A DNA stretch of 64,000 nt, from assembly GCA_963813535.1 (NCBI GenBank), contig CAWEZH010000002.1:1312001-1376000 (forward strand), read 5' to 3'. A program made the translations under genes and the position numbers. This document shows positions 39,353-49,731 of the stretch, one piece after another. The notes under the pieces were generated by a model, which saw nothing but the letters and a program-made list of their open reading frames with translations, made no database searches and was not told the origin of the DNA. Each line of letters opens with the position of its first letter. Within the stretch, counting starts at the first letter, position 1. This stretch comes from an uncultured Chloroflexia bacterium (GTDB taxonomy: Bacteria > Chloroflexota > Limnocylindria > Limnocylindrales > CSP1-4).

Positions 39353-41578
39353 TCAGGTCCGCTCGAGGACGAACAGGCGGGACCAGAAGTCCCCGAGTCG
39401 GGCAGCGAGGTGACGCTCGGCGTGGAGGTCGAGCCCGACGGCCATGAGCTCGGCGCCCGTCCGGACCCCGAGATTGGGTCGGACGATCGGATCGTCCGGG
39501 CGCTCGGGCCATGCCGTCACCCTGTACTCGGCACCCGCATCGAGCCCGCGCAATCGCAGTCGGGCCGCCTCCGGCGTCGGCCGATTGAGGGTCGCATAGA
39601 CACCGACGAGGGCGACTCCGCCGTCCATGGCCACCGACATCCACGAGACGCGATCGCGACGACCATCGGCGAACGGGCTCAGCAGCCGATGGAAGCGGCC
39701 ATGTTGCAGGGTCGCGCGATGCGCCCGGTAGAAGGCGACCTGGTCGCGCACCTGAGCCTGCTCGACGGCTGTGAGCGTCGTCGGATCCAGCTCGTAGCCG
39801 AGGACGCCGAAGAAGGCGACCGCGGCGCGCGTCTCAAGGGGCGTGACGCGTCCCGTCTGGTGGTTGGGCACCGCGGAGACGTGGGCGCCCATCGAGCTCG
39901 GCGGATAGACCAGCGACGTCCCCCACTGGATCGCCAGCCGCTCGATGGCGTCGGTGTCGTCACTGGTCCAGGTCTGGGGCGCGAAGGCCAGCATCCCGGG
40001 GTCGAACCGACCGCCGCCGCTCGCGCACGACTCGAACAGGATCTCCGGGAAGCGTGTCGTCAGGCGCTCGTACAGGTCGTACACGCCAAGGATGTAGCGG
40101 TGGAAGAACTCGCCCTGACGGTCTGCCGGGAGTGTCGACCCGTATGGCTCCGTGATGCTCCGGTTCATGTCCCACTTGACGTAGCTCACGGGTGCGCTCG
40201 CGAGGACACTGCCGAGCGACTCGGCGAGGTGGTCGACCACATCGGGCCGGGTCATGTCGAGGACGAGCTGCTGCCGGCTCTCCGTCCGCGGGCGACCGGG
40301 GATGCCGATCGCCCAGTCCGGGTGCGCCCGGTACAGATCGCTGTCCACGCTGACCATCTCCGGTTCGATCCAGATCCCGAACCCCATGCCGAGCTCGGCG
40401 ATCCGCCGGCCGAGCCCATCCAGTCCGTCGGGCAGCTTTCGCAGATCCGGGACCCAGTCGCCCAGCGAGCTGTCGTCGGCGTCGCGGTGCCCGAACCAAC
40501 CATCGTCGAGCACGAACAGCTCGATCCCCAGGTCGCGAGCGGCTCGCGCGATCTCGACGAGGCGGTCGGCGTCGAAGTCGAAGTACGTGCCCTCCCAGTT
40601 GTTGAGCAGGACCGGCCGCGGTCGATCCCGCCAGGTGCCGCGAGCCAGCCTGGACCGGTACAGGTCATGGAAGGCCTGGCTCATCCCGTTGAGGCCCTGG
40701 TCCGTCCAGACGACCACCGCCTCCGGCGTGGTGAACGCCTCGCCCGGCTCCAGCCGCCAGGCGAACGTCTCGGGCTCGATCCCCAGTCGGATCCTGGTCG
40801 TCCCGAACGCCTCGACCTCAGCCTCGGCCAGGAAGTTGCCGGAGTACACGAGGCTGCAGCCGATCGCCTCGCCGACTGCCTCGTCCGTTGACGTCCGCCG
40901 GAGGGCCAGGAACGGGTTGTGCTCGGCGCCGGATGCCCCGCGCCGGCTCGACAGCGCGACGCGGCCAGGCTGGAGGGTCCCCTCGACGACGTGTGCCTCC
41001 CGCGCCCAGGCGCCGCTCAACGAGACGGCCACCCAGTCGTGGTCGGGCAGGTCGAGCGAGAGGCTCATCGCCGTGCGGAGGACGATCGGGTCGCGCGTGG
41101 CACGCAGCGTGGCGCTCCGGGCGACGATCGGGAGATCGGCGAACAGCGTGAACCGGAGATCGACCGTCAGCCCCGTGTGCTCGTCCACGAGCTCGACCGT
41201 AAGCGTGTCCGCCTCCTCATCGGATTCGACATAGGTCGACGGCAATGGGGCGATCGATGGCTTGCCCGGCGCGATCGCGTGGCCCGCGTACCGGAGCACT
41301 GCCGTCCCCGATCCATCGGGGCCGCTGGCGACGAGCGCGGGCACTCGGAGGTCACCGGTGCCGGATGTCGGGTAGACGAACGGGATCGGATCGCCGACCC
41401 GATTCCCGAAGCCCTCGAACGGGTCCGGTCCGAGGTGCCGGTATGACCGGCCCGGCGCGAGCGGCGCACCGAGATGAAGACCGCCCAGGGAGCCGTCCTC
41501 GTAGACCCGGAGGATCATGCTGACGCGGTCGTTGTGCAGGTGGAACTGACGATCGTCGGGCCGCCACTCGATCGTCAT
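39353..41578 (-). CDS. GH36 alpha-galactosidase
   Basis: LNNWEGTYF, FVLDDGWFG, WIEPEMV, YVKWDMNR, CASGGGRFD, WTSDDTD; ATGA-coupled to the GH2 gene. Confidence 0.95.
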   Translation of the reverse strand: MTIEWRPDDRQFHLHNDRVSMILRVYEDGSLGGLHLGAPLAPGRSYRHLGPDPFEGFGNRVGDPIPFVYPTSGTGDLRVPALVASGPDGSGTAVLRYAGHAIAPGKPSIAPLPSTYVESDEEADTLTVELVDEHTGLTVDLRFTLFADLPIVARSATLRATRDPIVLRTAMSLSLDLPDHDWVAVSLSGAWAREAHVVEGTLQPGRVALSSRRGASGAEHNPFLALRRTSTDEAVGEAIGCSLVYSGNFLAEAEVEAFGTTRIRLGIEPETFAWRLEPGEAFTTPEAVVVWTDQGLNGMSQAFHDLYRSRLARGTWRDRPRPVLLNNWEGTYFDFDADRLVEIARAARDLGIELFVLDDGWFGHRDADDSSLGDWVPDLRKLPDGLDGLGRRIAELGMGFGIWIEPEMVSVDSDLYRAHPDWAIGIPGRPRTESRQQLVLDMTRPDVVDHLAESLGSVLASAPVSYVKWDMNRSITEPYGSTLPADRQGEFFHRYILGVYDLYERLTTRFPEILFESCASGGGRFDPGMLAFAPQTWTSDDTDAIERLAIQWGTSLVYPPSSMGAHVSAVPNHQTGRVTPLETRAAVAFFGVLGYELDPTTLTAVEQAQVRDQVAFYRAHRATLQHGRFHRLLSPFADGRRDRVSWMSVAMDGGVALVGVYATLNRPTPEAARLRLRGLDAGAEYRVTAWPERPDDPIVRPNLGVRTGAELMAVGLDLHAERHLAARLGDFWSRLFVLERT

Positions 41579-44500
41579 GCCCGCATCGTCCAGGACCAGC
41601 GGTAGGTGCCGGGCCCGACCAGGTACGCCGGCAACGTGTCGGGTCCGCACGAGGCGGTGCCCAGGCCGCGGTGGGCCACGTCGATATGGACGATGGTCGC
41701 GTCGGCGCTCACCAACTCCTCGTGATGCGTCGCCGCCGCGAGCGCCGTGGCGCGGTGGTGCGTCGCCGAGACCTGCATCGGGCGGTCGAAGCTGAGCCGC
41801 AGGGTCTGCCCGGTGTCGTCCGCCAGCTCGAGCCAGCGGACGTCAGCGTGACCCCCGTTCTCCTGCGGGCGGATGTACGGCACGGTCTGCTCGCGCACCG
41901 TCGAGCGCCAGCGACCGATCAGCGCGCCGCGCTTCCGGTCGGGATACGACTCGTGGGGCCCGCGCCCGAACCAGTCCAACGTCTCGAAGCCAGGCAGGAC
42001 CTCGAGCTCGATGCCGACCCGCGCGACATCGACGAGCTCGTCCGGCACGATGACAGTCTCGTCGATCCGGATATCGCCCGATCCGACGTCCGTCACCGAA
42101 CGCTCGTGGCGGATGACCGCGCCACAGCCCGTCGTGACCGCGTCGACTGTCGTGACACGACCGTCCGCGGCGCGATCGAGGGACAGCAGCCGGCGTTCGA
42201 GCCGGTCGAGGCCGAGCGCCGACCAGACCGCGGCGAACCCGCCGATGCGGTCGTTGTCGGTCGGCGCTCGCCACAGGGACAGTCTTGGCGAGACGGCGAT
42301 GAGCGGGTGACGGAGGTCGCCGCGATCATCGACGTGCAGCTTCTGCGCGCTGCTCCCGGACGGGCGAGCCGCGTCAGTGGCGACCTCCGCCGGCTCGGAC
42401 AGCGATGTCGGCAGCGGCACCTGGAGCGCGCACACCTCGAAGCCTTCGGGCGCCCACGGGACGGGCCGACCGAGGGCCCAGCGGGTGGTCAGCCAGACCT
42501 CGCGGGCGCTCGGGAGCGGATCGGGAAGGCCCGCGAGTCCAAGGTGTCCGGTCGCCCCAGGCGCGATCGCCGGCACGCTCGCACGGCCGCTCGCCGCGAC
42601 CTCGCCATCGACGGTGACCTCCCACGCCATGCGTAGATCGCCAAGGTCGGTGAAGTCGCGACGATTGGCGATGGCCAGCTCTGTCCCCGTCCAGGCGATC
42701 GCCAGGGGTGCGGCGAGAGCCCGATGCTCCCAGAGCGCCGGCTTCGGCGCCCCGTCGGGCCAGGTCAGGCCGTCCGCGCAGAAATTCCCGTCATTGGGCA
42801 CGTCACCGAAGTCGCCTCCGTACGCCCAGCGCACGGCGCCGCCCGGCAGCGACTGGAGGAGACCGTGGTCGCGCCACTCCCAGATGAAGCCACCCTGCAG
42901 ACCCGGCGTCCCCTCGATGGCGTCCCAGTGCTCGGCGAGCGTCCCGTTCGAGTTGCCCATGGCGTGCGAGTACTCGCACATGATCAGCGGGTGCCGCTGG
43001 AGACCGGAGCGCGCGTGCTCGACGATCGCCTCGAGCTCCGGGTACATGGGACACGTCAGGTCCGAGATGGCCTGGTCGCTCGTCCAATCCCAGCGGATGG
43101 CGCCCTCGTAGTGCAACGGTCGCGACGGATCGAAGCGCCGCAGCCAGGCGGCCGCGGCATCGTGATTGGCACCGTGGCCAGACTCGTTGCCGAGCGACCA
43201 GGCGATGATCGATGGGTGGTTTCGGTCGCGGATCGCCATCCGGGCCACTCGACTCACCCACTGCGCGAGGTAGCGCGGGTCGTCGCACAGCGTGCTCTGG
43301 AACGCATGCGATTCGATGTCGGCTTCGTCGATCACGTACAGCCCGAGCTCGTCGCACAGATCGAGGAAGACCGGGTCGTTCGGGTAGTGGGACGTGCGCA
43401 CCGCGTTGAAGCCGAAGCGCTTCATCGCGACGACGTCGTCCCGCATCGACGCTTCCGAGACGACGCGCCCGGTCCGTTGGTCGAAGTCGTGTCGATTCAC
43501 GCCACGGATGAGGACGCGGCGCCCGTTGATGAGCAGGTCGACGCCCGAGACCTCGACGCGGCGGAACCCGACCTGCACCGTGGCCCGCTCCACGATCCGG
43601 CCGTCCGGTGCTAGGAGGTCGACGTCCAGGTCATACCGCCGCGGGTCCTCTGCCGACCACGGCTCGACCGCGGGAAGCCGGAGGTCGAAGGTGACCCGCC
43701 CGCCGAGCGGCGGCACCAGGTGCGGTTCGAGCTCAGCCCAGTCGGCAGCGCGCTCGGCGACCGCCGGCGGACCGCCGACGGCATGTCGCCGCATCAGATC
43801 CATCGATCCCGGATCCTGGGGGTGCTCTGGACGCGCTTGGAGAGGCACCGAAGCACGCAGCGGCGCCAGCAAGCCGGGGATCGACGCCTCGACGGCCCAG
43901 CCCGGCTCGGGATCGGCGCCGAGGGTTGCCACGTCCACCGTGAGCTGCAGCGTCCCCGTCCCAAGGTCGGGCTCGAGGCCGGCGATGGCACCGATGTCGG
44001 CGAGATACGTGCGGTCGGTCGCGTACAGGAAGATCGATCGGGTGATCCCGCCGTGCCACCACTGGTCCTGGTCCTCGACATACGTGGCGTCGGACCACTT
44101 GACGACCGTCAGACGGATCTCGTTGGCGCCGGGCTGCACGACGGCGGTGAGGTCGAACTCGGCGGCGAGGTGCGAGTCCTTGCTCATCCCGATGTCGGTG
44201 CCATTGACGCGCAGGAGCAGGACGCTCTCAGCAGCCCCGACGTGGAGCACGATCCGGCGTGACGCCCAGTCGGCGGGAACGTCGACGGTCCGCTCATAGA
44301 TACCCGTCGGGTTCACCGCCGGCAGGTGCGGTGGGACCCCGGGGAACGGCATCTGGACGTTCGTGTACTGCGGCACATCCCAGGTGTCCTGGCGGGTCCA
44401 GCAGCCCGGGACGGCGATGTCCCGCCACGCGTCCGCCTCGAGATCCGCCGTCGGGGTCTCGAGCAGCTGGAAGCGCCACGTGCCATCGAGCGACAATCGC

Positions 44501-44583
44501 TCGTGATGCCTGACGGCGTGCATCGGAAGACGACCGAGCGACACGAGCTCGGGACTGGTCCAGGGATGGCTCACGACCGGCAT
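41575..44583 (-). CDS. lacZ: GH2 beta-galactosidase
   Basis: GVNRHD, NAVRTSHYP, WSLGNESG, CEYSHAMGNS, GGFIWEW, PQENG. Start may be GTG 44574. Confidence 0.92.
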   Translation of the reverse strand: MPVVSHPWTSPELVSLGRLPMHAVRHHERLSLDGTWRFQLLETPTADLEADAWRDIAVPGCWTRQDTWDVPQYTNVQMPFPGVPPHLPAVNPTGIYERTVDVPADWASRRIVLHVGAAESVLLLRVNGTDIGMSKDSHLAAEFDLTAVVQPGANEIRLTVVKWSDATYVEDQDQWWHGGITRSIFLYATDRTYLADIGAIAGLEPDLGTGTLQLTVDVATLGADPEPGWAVEASIPGLLAPLRASVPLQARPEHPQDPGSMDLMRRHAVGGPPAVAERAADWAELEPHLVPPLGGRVTFDLRLPAVEPWSAEDPRRYDLDVDLLAPDGRIVERATVQVGFRRVEVSGVDLLINGRRVLIRGVNRHDFDQRTGRVVSEASMRDDVVAMKRFGFNAVRTSHYPNDPVFLDLCDELGLYVIDEADIESHAFQSTLCDDPRYLAQWVSRVARMAIRDRNHPSIIAWSLGNESGHGANHDAAAAWLRRFDPSRPLHYEGAIRWDWTSDQAISDLTCPMYPELEAIVEHARSGLQRHPLIMCEYSHAMGNSNGTLAEHWDAIEGTPGLQGGFIWEWRDHGLLQSLPGGAVRWAYGGDFGDVPNDGNFCADGLTWPDGAPKPALWEHRALAAPLAIAWTGTELAIANRRDFTDLGDLRMAWEVTVDGEVAASGRASVPAIAPGATGHLGLAGLPDPLPSAREVWLTTRWALGRPVPWAPEGFEVCALQVPLPTSLSEPAEVATDAARPSGSSAQKLHVDDRGDLRHPLIAVSPRLSLWRAPTDNDRIGGFAAVWSALGLDRLERRLLSLDRAADGRVTTVDAVTTGCGAVIRHERSVTDVGSGDIRIDETVIVPDELVDVARVGIELEVLPGFETLDWFGRGPHESYPDRKRGALIGRWRSTVREQTVPYIRPQENGGHADVRWLELADDTGQTLRLSFDRPMQVSATHHRATALAAATHHEELVSADATIVHIDVAHRGLGTASCGPDTLPAYLVGPGTYRWSWTMRA

Positions 44584-44711
44584 TGTCCCATCCGCTCGGG
44601 GGCGTCAGCGGGCGGGCGGCGACTCGGTGCGGCGAGCGGCCGACCACGCAACGGTCGTACGTTTCTCGGAGTTCCAAACGGTGTGATCAGCCGCCGCCCC
44701 GCGTACCGGAT

Positions 44712-44735
44712 GTTGGCCTATCGATGTAGGCCAAC
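44712..44735. promoter_or_regulatory. Perfect inverted repeat GTTGGCCTA-N6-TAGGCCAAC, candidate operator
   Basis: Directly upstream of -10 TATGAT (44742-44747) of the EamA gene. Confidence 0.6.
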
Positions 44736-44753
44736 CACGACTATGATGCCGCG

Positions 44754-45674
44754 ATGACGGACCGCTCCTCGCAGCTCGACTGGGTGATCTTTCTCCTGCT
44801 CGGGTTCATCTGGGGGTCGAGCTACCTGTTCATCAAGCTCGCCGTCGACGACTTCGGGACGTTCACGCTGGTCGCCCTGCGCCTCATCGTGGGCGGGATC
44901 CTGCTCTGGATCGTCATCCGCGTCGCCGGCCAGGAGCTGCCGCGCGACCGGCGCATCTACGGCCACTTGATCGTCATGGCGATCATCAACATCACGATCC
45001 CGTTCCTGCTCATCACGTGGGCGGAACAGTCAGTGGAGTCGTCGCTCGCCGCGATCCTCACGTCACCCGTGCCGCTCTTCGCGATCGTGCTCTCGGCGCT
45101 GTTCCTGCCGGATGAGCCGATGCGCGTGAACGGGCTGATCGGTCTCATCGTCGGGTTCATCGGCGTGGTGATCATCACCAGTCGCGGGCTGACCGGCGCC
45201 GGATCGTCGCTCATCGGTGAGATCGCGCTGCTCGGGGCGGCCCTCAGCTATGCCGCCGGGGCTGTCTACTCGCGGCGCAATGTCCGGGGCGTCCCGCCGA
45301 TGATCCCGGCTGTCTTCCAGGTGACCTTCGCCGCGATCATCGTGGGCGTCCCGGCCATCATCCTCGAGCGACCGTGGGAGGCCCGCCCAGACGCGCAGGC
45401 CGTGTTCTCCATCCTGTGGCTCGGCATCCTCGGGTCCGGCATCGCCTATCTGTTCGTCTTCAGACTGTTCGCCCATTGGGGTGCGACACGCACCACGCTG
45501 GTGGCCTATCTGCTGCCGGTCGTCGGGATCGTCCTCGGCTACATCGTCCTTGCCGAGCCGGTCGATGCGCGCCTCATCGTCGGGACCGGGCTCGTGATCG
45601 CGGGCGTGGCCCTCGTGAACAGTCGGTTCGGGCGTCGGCGACTCTTCGGGCGGGGGGCGCCGGCAGCCGCCTAA
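44754..45674 (+). CDS. EamA/DMT transporter
   Basis: IWGSSYLFIK, about 10 TM segments, GATRTTLVAYLLPV. Confidence 0.9.
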   Translation: MTDRSSQLDWVIFLLLGFIWGSSYLFIKLAVDDFGTFTLVALRLIVGGILLWIVIRVAGQELPRDRRIYGHLIVMAIINITIPFLLITWAEQSVESSLAAILTSPVPLFAIVLSALFLPDEPMRVNGLIGLIVGFIGVVIITSRGLTGAGSSLIGEIALLGAALSYAAGAVYSRRNVRGVPPMIPAVFQVTFAAIIVGVPAIILERPWEARPDAQAVFSILWLGILGSGIAYLFVFRLFAHWGATRTTLVAYLLPVVGIVLGYIVLAEPVDARLIVGTGLVIAGVALVNSRFGRRRLFGRGAPAAA

Positions 45675-45686
45675 GGCCGCCGTCCC

Positions 45687-46574
45687 TCAGCTCGGTGTCG
45701 CGCCGAGCGCCAGGAGCAGTGCTCCACCGACGATCAGCGTCGACGCACCCACCCGCCGGACGATGTCGCCGCGGTCCGCCGCCTCGCCCAGCCGGACCGA
45801 GCCCCAGGCGGCGGCGAATACCGCGGCAGACTCGCGCAACGGCGCTACGCCCGCCAGCGGCGCGATGCTGAGCGCCCACAGGATCAACAGGTATGCGGCC
45901 AGGGTCAGCCAGCCCCCGATCGCCGCATAACGGATCTGTTCCGGCCCGCCCGCGAAGACCCGGCCGCCCGCTACCAACTTCACCCAGAGCACGAGCACGA
46001 TGTCCGTCGTGACCCACAGGATCGCGGCGTACGTGAGCGGGTCGATCAGGCGCGCCCCGACCCGGTCGATCGCGGTGTACGTCGCGATCGTGACGCCGAT
46101 GGCCAGCGCGAACGCGATCGAGGGATCGAACGAGCTCTTGCCGCGCAGTACGACCCATGGCCGCTGGAGGATGAGGACTCCGGCCAGGAGCGCTGCGACG
46201 CCGATCGATCCGGCGAGCCCCAGCCGCTCGCCAAGGACGAACACGCCGACCGCGACCGCGAGGAGCGGCGCCGTCCCGCGCGCGATCGGATAGATGACCG
46301 ACAGGTCACCTCGTCTGTACGCCGCCGACAACAGGATGAAGTAACCCGCCTCGATGACGCCTGACAGCACTCCCAGGGCGACACCTTCGATCGGGAGCGC
46401 CGGCCGGCCCGACGCCGACCAGGCGATGAAGCCCGCCGGGACGATCCCGAGCGTCGCCGCGAGCATGCCCACCGTCGCCGCGCGGAGCGGGTCGCCGGCC
46501 GTCTTGAGCCGGACGTTCCAGGCGACATGCAGGCCGGCGCTGACGAGGACCAGCGCGATGACGAATGGGTCCAT
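45687..46574 (-). CDS. EamA/DMT transporter
   Basis: LHVAWN, AYRRGDLSVIYPIARG, LRESAAVFA. Confidence 0.88.
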   Translation of the reverse strand: MDPFVIALVLVSAGLHVAWNVRLKTAGDPLRAATVGMLAATLGIVPAGFIAWSASGRPALPIEGVALGVLSGVIEAGYFILLSAAYRRGDLSVIYPIARGTAPLLAVAVGVFVLGERLGLAGSIGVAALLAGVLILQRPWVVLRGKSSFDPSIAFALAIGVTIATYTAIDRVGARLIDPLTYAAILWVTTDIVLVLWVKLVAGGRVFAGGPEQIRYAAIGGWLTLAAYLLILWALSIAPLAGVAPLRESAAVFAAAWGSVRLGEAADRGDIVRRVGASTLIVGGALLLALGATPS

Positions 46575-46583
46575 GCCGCGACG

Positions 46584-48257
46584 TTAGCGGCCCACGTCCC
46601 TCCGCTGCATGCCCCACGCGCCCACCAGCAGCCCGCCGATCGCCAGTATCGCCGCGACGGCGATGCCCACGATGTCGTACGTGCCGGCCATCGGTTGACC
46701 GAGGTGCTTATAGATCGAGAGGTCGAGGATCACGTCCGGCAGGTCGAGCGCGGCACCCAGCGTGTCGAGGACGAACGTGCCGATCACGGCGGCCGCTGCG
46801 ACGGGAGCCGCGAGCGACGAGCGGACGAGCCCACCGGCCGCGAAGCCGATGCCTGCGAACCCGGCGGCGGCGAGTCCGAGGATGGCCGCGCCGGCCACGG
46901 GAGCGCCGATGTCGCCGCCCTGGGAGGCGACCGCCGCGATCACGAACGCCCCGAGGACGATGACGAAGACGCCGATCCCGGCCATCACCCCGAGCCCGCT
47001 GCGCAGGGCCCAGCCTGCCCGTGACACGGGGGTCGAGAGCACGAGGTCGAGTCGTCGCTCACCCTCGTCGCTCGCCCACGCCGCGAGGAACGTGGCGCCC
47101 GCCAGGCCGGCCATGAGCGAGGCGAAGGCGAAGAACGCAAGTTGAAGGATGCCCGATGGCTGGCTCAGGTCGAGGTCCGGGTAGATGATCCGGATGTAAT
47201 CCGTCAACCCCGGCGTCTGGTTCAGGACGTCCGTCAGCGCCTGCGCCGACGACGCGATCAGCGCGGCATACAGGCCGACACCGCCGCCCCACCCGAGTGC
47301 GGCCGGCGTCAGGTCGGACAGGAGGCGAGTGAACGGGTTGCGGGTCCCGCGCGGCAGCCCCGGGATGCGCAGCCAGCGCAGGGGCGCGACCGCGCCGATG
47401 TCCCGCCGTTCGAAGACGGCGACGCCGATGGCAAGCAGGACGACGACGACGACGGCAAGCAGACCGACCGAGGGCCAGTCGGTGACGCCGGCGATCGGGC
47501 GGTGACCCGAGGTCCACGCGTACCAGGACAGGGGCCCGAGCGCCTCGAGCGTCGGTGACAGCGTCGAGAAGGACGAGACGAGGTACATCCCGAACAGGGC
47601 GAGCAGCCCCACGCCGGCCGCTCGCGACCGACCCACGACCGGCGCGACCGCGAACGCGATCGACCCGGCCGCGAGCATCAGCAGCCCATAGAGAGTGACC
47701 TGCCCGAGCGCTGCATCCAGCGGGATCTCGTCGCCCGGCAGCGTCGCGAAGACCTGTCCGGCGACGTACAGGAGCAGTGCCGCTATGAGCATCGCCACGA
47801 CCAGTGCTGTGATGTGGCCGGCAAGCTTCTGGAGCGCGATGGACCGGCGGCTGTGCGGCGTCGACACGAGCAGATCGAGGCTGCCCTTGGCGGCCTCACC
47901 GGCGAGCGTGCCTGAGAGGGCCAGCACCGACCACAGCCCGAGCAGGACGGGCAGGATGTTGCCTACCCGCCAGGAGATGAAGCCGCCAAGCGTCTCGATG
48001 TTGATCGGCTCCCCGAGCAGGCCCCGGAAGACCGCAGGCAGCGCCGTCATCGAGGTGACCAGGACCTGACGTTTCTGCAGCGTGTCGAACTCGGCGGCGA
48101 TGGGCGCGGCGGTCGCGAGCATGAACAGCCCGCCCATCAGGCCGACGACGAGCGCCGCGCGACGGCTGTCTCGGAGCGTCTTGGCGTAGGTCGATGTCAG
48201 GCCCATCACCCGCGACCACGGTCGCGGACGAGAAAGGACGGCGGTGCTAGCGGCCAT
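46584..48257 (-). CDS. ABC-2 type exporter permease, internally duplicated
   Basis: Two halves, each with an E..G/R.LDL..STP.SR motif; FERRDI and C-terminal RRDV. Confidence 0.85.
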   Translation of the reverse strand: MAASTAVLSRPRPWSRVMGLTSTYAKTLRDSRRAALVVGLMGGLFMLATAAPIAAEFDTLQKRQVLVTSMTALPAVFRGLLGEPINIETLGGFISWRVGNILPVLLGLWSVLALSGTLAGEAAKGSLDLLVSTPHSRRSIALQKLAGHITALVVAMLIAALLLYVAGQVFATLPGDEIPLDAALGQVTLYGLLMLAAGSIAFAVAPVVGRSRAAGVGLLALFGMYLVSSFSTLSPTLEALGPLSWYAWTSGHRPIAGVTDWPSVGLLAVVVVVLLAIGVAVFERRDIGAVAPLRWLRIPGLPRGTRNPFTRLLSDLTPAALGWGGGVGLYAALIASSAQALTDVLNQTPGLTDYIRIIYPDLDLSQPSGILQLAFFAFASLMAGLAGATFLAAWASDEGERRLDLVLSTPVSRAGWALRSGLGVMAGIGVFVIVLGAFVIAAVASQGGDIGAPVAGAAILGLAAAGFAGIGFAAGGLVRSSLAAPVAAAAVIGTFVLDTLGAALDLPDVILDLSIYKHLGQPMAGTYDIVGIAVAAILAIGGLLVGAWGMQRRDVGR

Positions 48258-49173
48258 CGGGACCGACCCCGGCCGGGACCGAGCTCTCGTGGCTGCCGTA
48301 CTGGGCCAGGAACACGTCCTCGAGGTTGGGTTCGCGGCTGACGACATCGGTGAGCCCATGAGCGGCGGACATGGCGATGACCTTGCCGATCGGCCCATTC
48401 ACGCGCATGCGGACCACGTTCCCGTCGACCTCGAGGTCGCTCACGCCGTCGATGGCCGTGAACACCGCGGCCGGGATGGGGCGCTCGAACGTGAGCTCGA
48501 CGTGATGGAAGGCGAGCTGTCGGATGTTCTCGATCCGGTCGACCTGGACGAGACGACCCTCGCGGATGATCGCAACGCGATCGCACGTCCGGTCGACCTC
48601 GTCGATGACGTGCGACGACAGGAAGATCGTCCGGCCCTCGGCCTTGGCCTCGCTCACCATCTCGAAGAATGCCTGCTGGATGAGCGGATCGAGGCCCGCT
48701 GTGGGCTCGTCGAGGATCAGCAGGTCGGGCTTGTGCTGGAGCGCGACCACGAGGCCGACCTTCTGCTTGTTGCCCTTCGAGTACTCCTTGTAGCGGCGTG
48801 TCGGATCGAGGTCCAGCCGCTCGACGAGCTCGGCCACGTAGCCCGGGTCGACGCCTCCGCGCAGGTTCGCGAAGTAGGTGATCGTGTCGGCGCCGGTAAG
48901 GCGGTCGTACAGATCGAACTCACCGGGCAGGTAGCCCACGCGTCGGTGGATCGACACGGGGTCCTTGGTGGTCTCGATCCCGAATACCTCGGCACGACCC
49001 GATGTCGGGCGGATGAGGTCGAGCAGGACGCGCATCGTCGTGGTCTTGCCTGCGCCGTTGGGGCCCAGGAAGCCGAAGATCTCGCCCGCTTCGACGTCGA
49101 GGTCGACCTCGGTGATCCCGCGGTGGATGCCATAGGTCTTGGTGAGCTGCTCGGTATGGATGACCGAAGTCAT
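48247..49173 (-). CDS. ABC transporter ATP-binding protein
   Basis: GPNGAGKTT, YSKGNKQK, LILDEPT, LSSH. Confidence 0.93.
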   Translation of the reverse strand: MTSVIHTEQLTKTYGIHRGITEVDLDVEAGEIFGFLGPNGAGKTTTMRVLLDLIRPTSGRAEVFGIETTKDPVSIHRRVGYLPGEFDLYDRLTGADTITYFANLRGGVDPGYVAELVERLDLDPTRRYKEYSKGNKQKVGLVVALQHKPDLLILDEPTAGLDPLIQQAFFEMVSEAKAEGRTIFLSSHVIDEVDRTCDRVAIIREGRLVQVDRIENIRQLAFHHVELTFERPIPAAVFTAIDGVSDLEVDGNVVRMRVNGPIGKVIAMSAAHGLTDVVSREPNLEDVFLAQYGSHESSVPAGVGPDGR

Positions 49174-49694
49174 GCTGATTCCTTCCTGCCGGTCGGTCCG
49201 GCACGCTCTCGCAGGAAGCGGTCGACCACGGTCGGGACCTCCTGTTCGACGAACGCAAAGACGTCCCGCAATTCCTCGAGGCGGCGGCGTGATGCCGGCG
49301 GCCGGTCGGCGATGGCCTCGAGGCCGCGTTCCGCGAGCTCCCGGAACGTGCGGTAGATGCGACCCGCGTTCTCGAGGAACGAATCGAGGGCTTCGGGCGG
49401 GGCGCTGAAGTACTCACGCCGGTCGCCACGTCGCGTCGAGCGCCGGATCATGCCGGCGCTCGCCAGGATGCGCGCGGTGCCGCTGATGGCCCCACGGCTC
49501 GCCTGCAGCGCCTCGGCCAGGTCGGCCGCCGTCTGCTCGGGCGGCTCGCAGATGAGCAGCCAGCCCCACATGCGGCCGGCCATCGGCGTCATGCCATATG
49601 ACGCGAGGACCCGACCCATCTCCTCGACGAAGGCGCTTTCGCCCTCGGTCATGCGCGATCGCATCGGTTCATGCGCCGACGCTACGCCGTTCAC
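49170..49694 (-). CDS. GbsR/MarR-family regulator
   Basis: FVEEMG...GMTPMAGRMWGWLL, LQASRGAISG, GDRREYF. Start uncertain (49652-49694). Confidence 0.85.
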   Translation of the reverse strand: MNGVASAHEPMRSRMTEGESAFVEEMGRVLASYGMTPMAGRMWGWLLICEPPEQTAADLAEALQASRGAISGTARILASAGMIRRSTRRGDRREYFSAPPEALDSFLENAGRIYRTFRELAERGLEAIADRPPASRRRLEELRDVFAFVEQEVPTVVDRFLRERAGPTGRKESA

Positions 49695-49696
49695 TC

Positions 49697-49716
49697 CGTT
49701 CAGTCAATACTGAACG
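49697..49716. promoter_or_regulatory. Palindrome CGTTCAGT-N4-ACTGAACG, probable autoregulatory operator
   Basis: 8-bp perfect inverted repeat immediately upstream of the GbsR/MarR-ABC operon. Confidence 0.7.
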
Positions 49717-49731
49717 TTCCGAATTGAGCGG

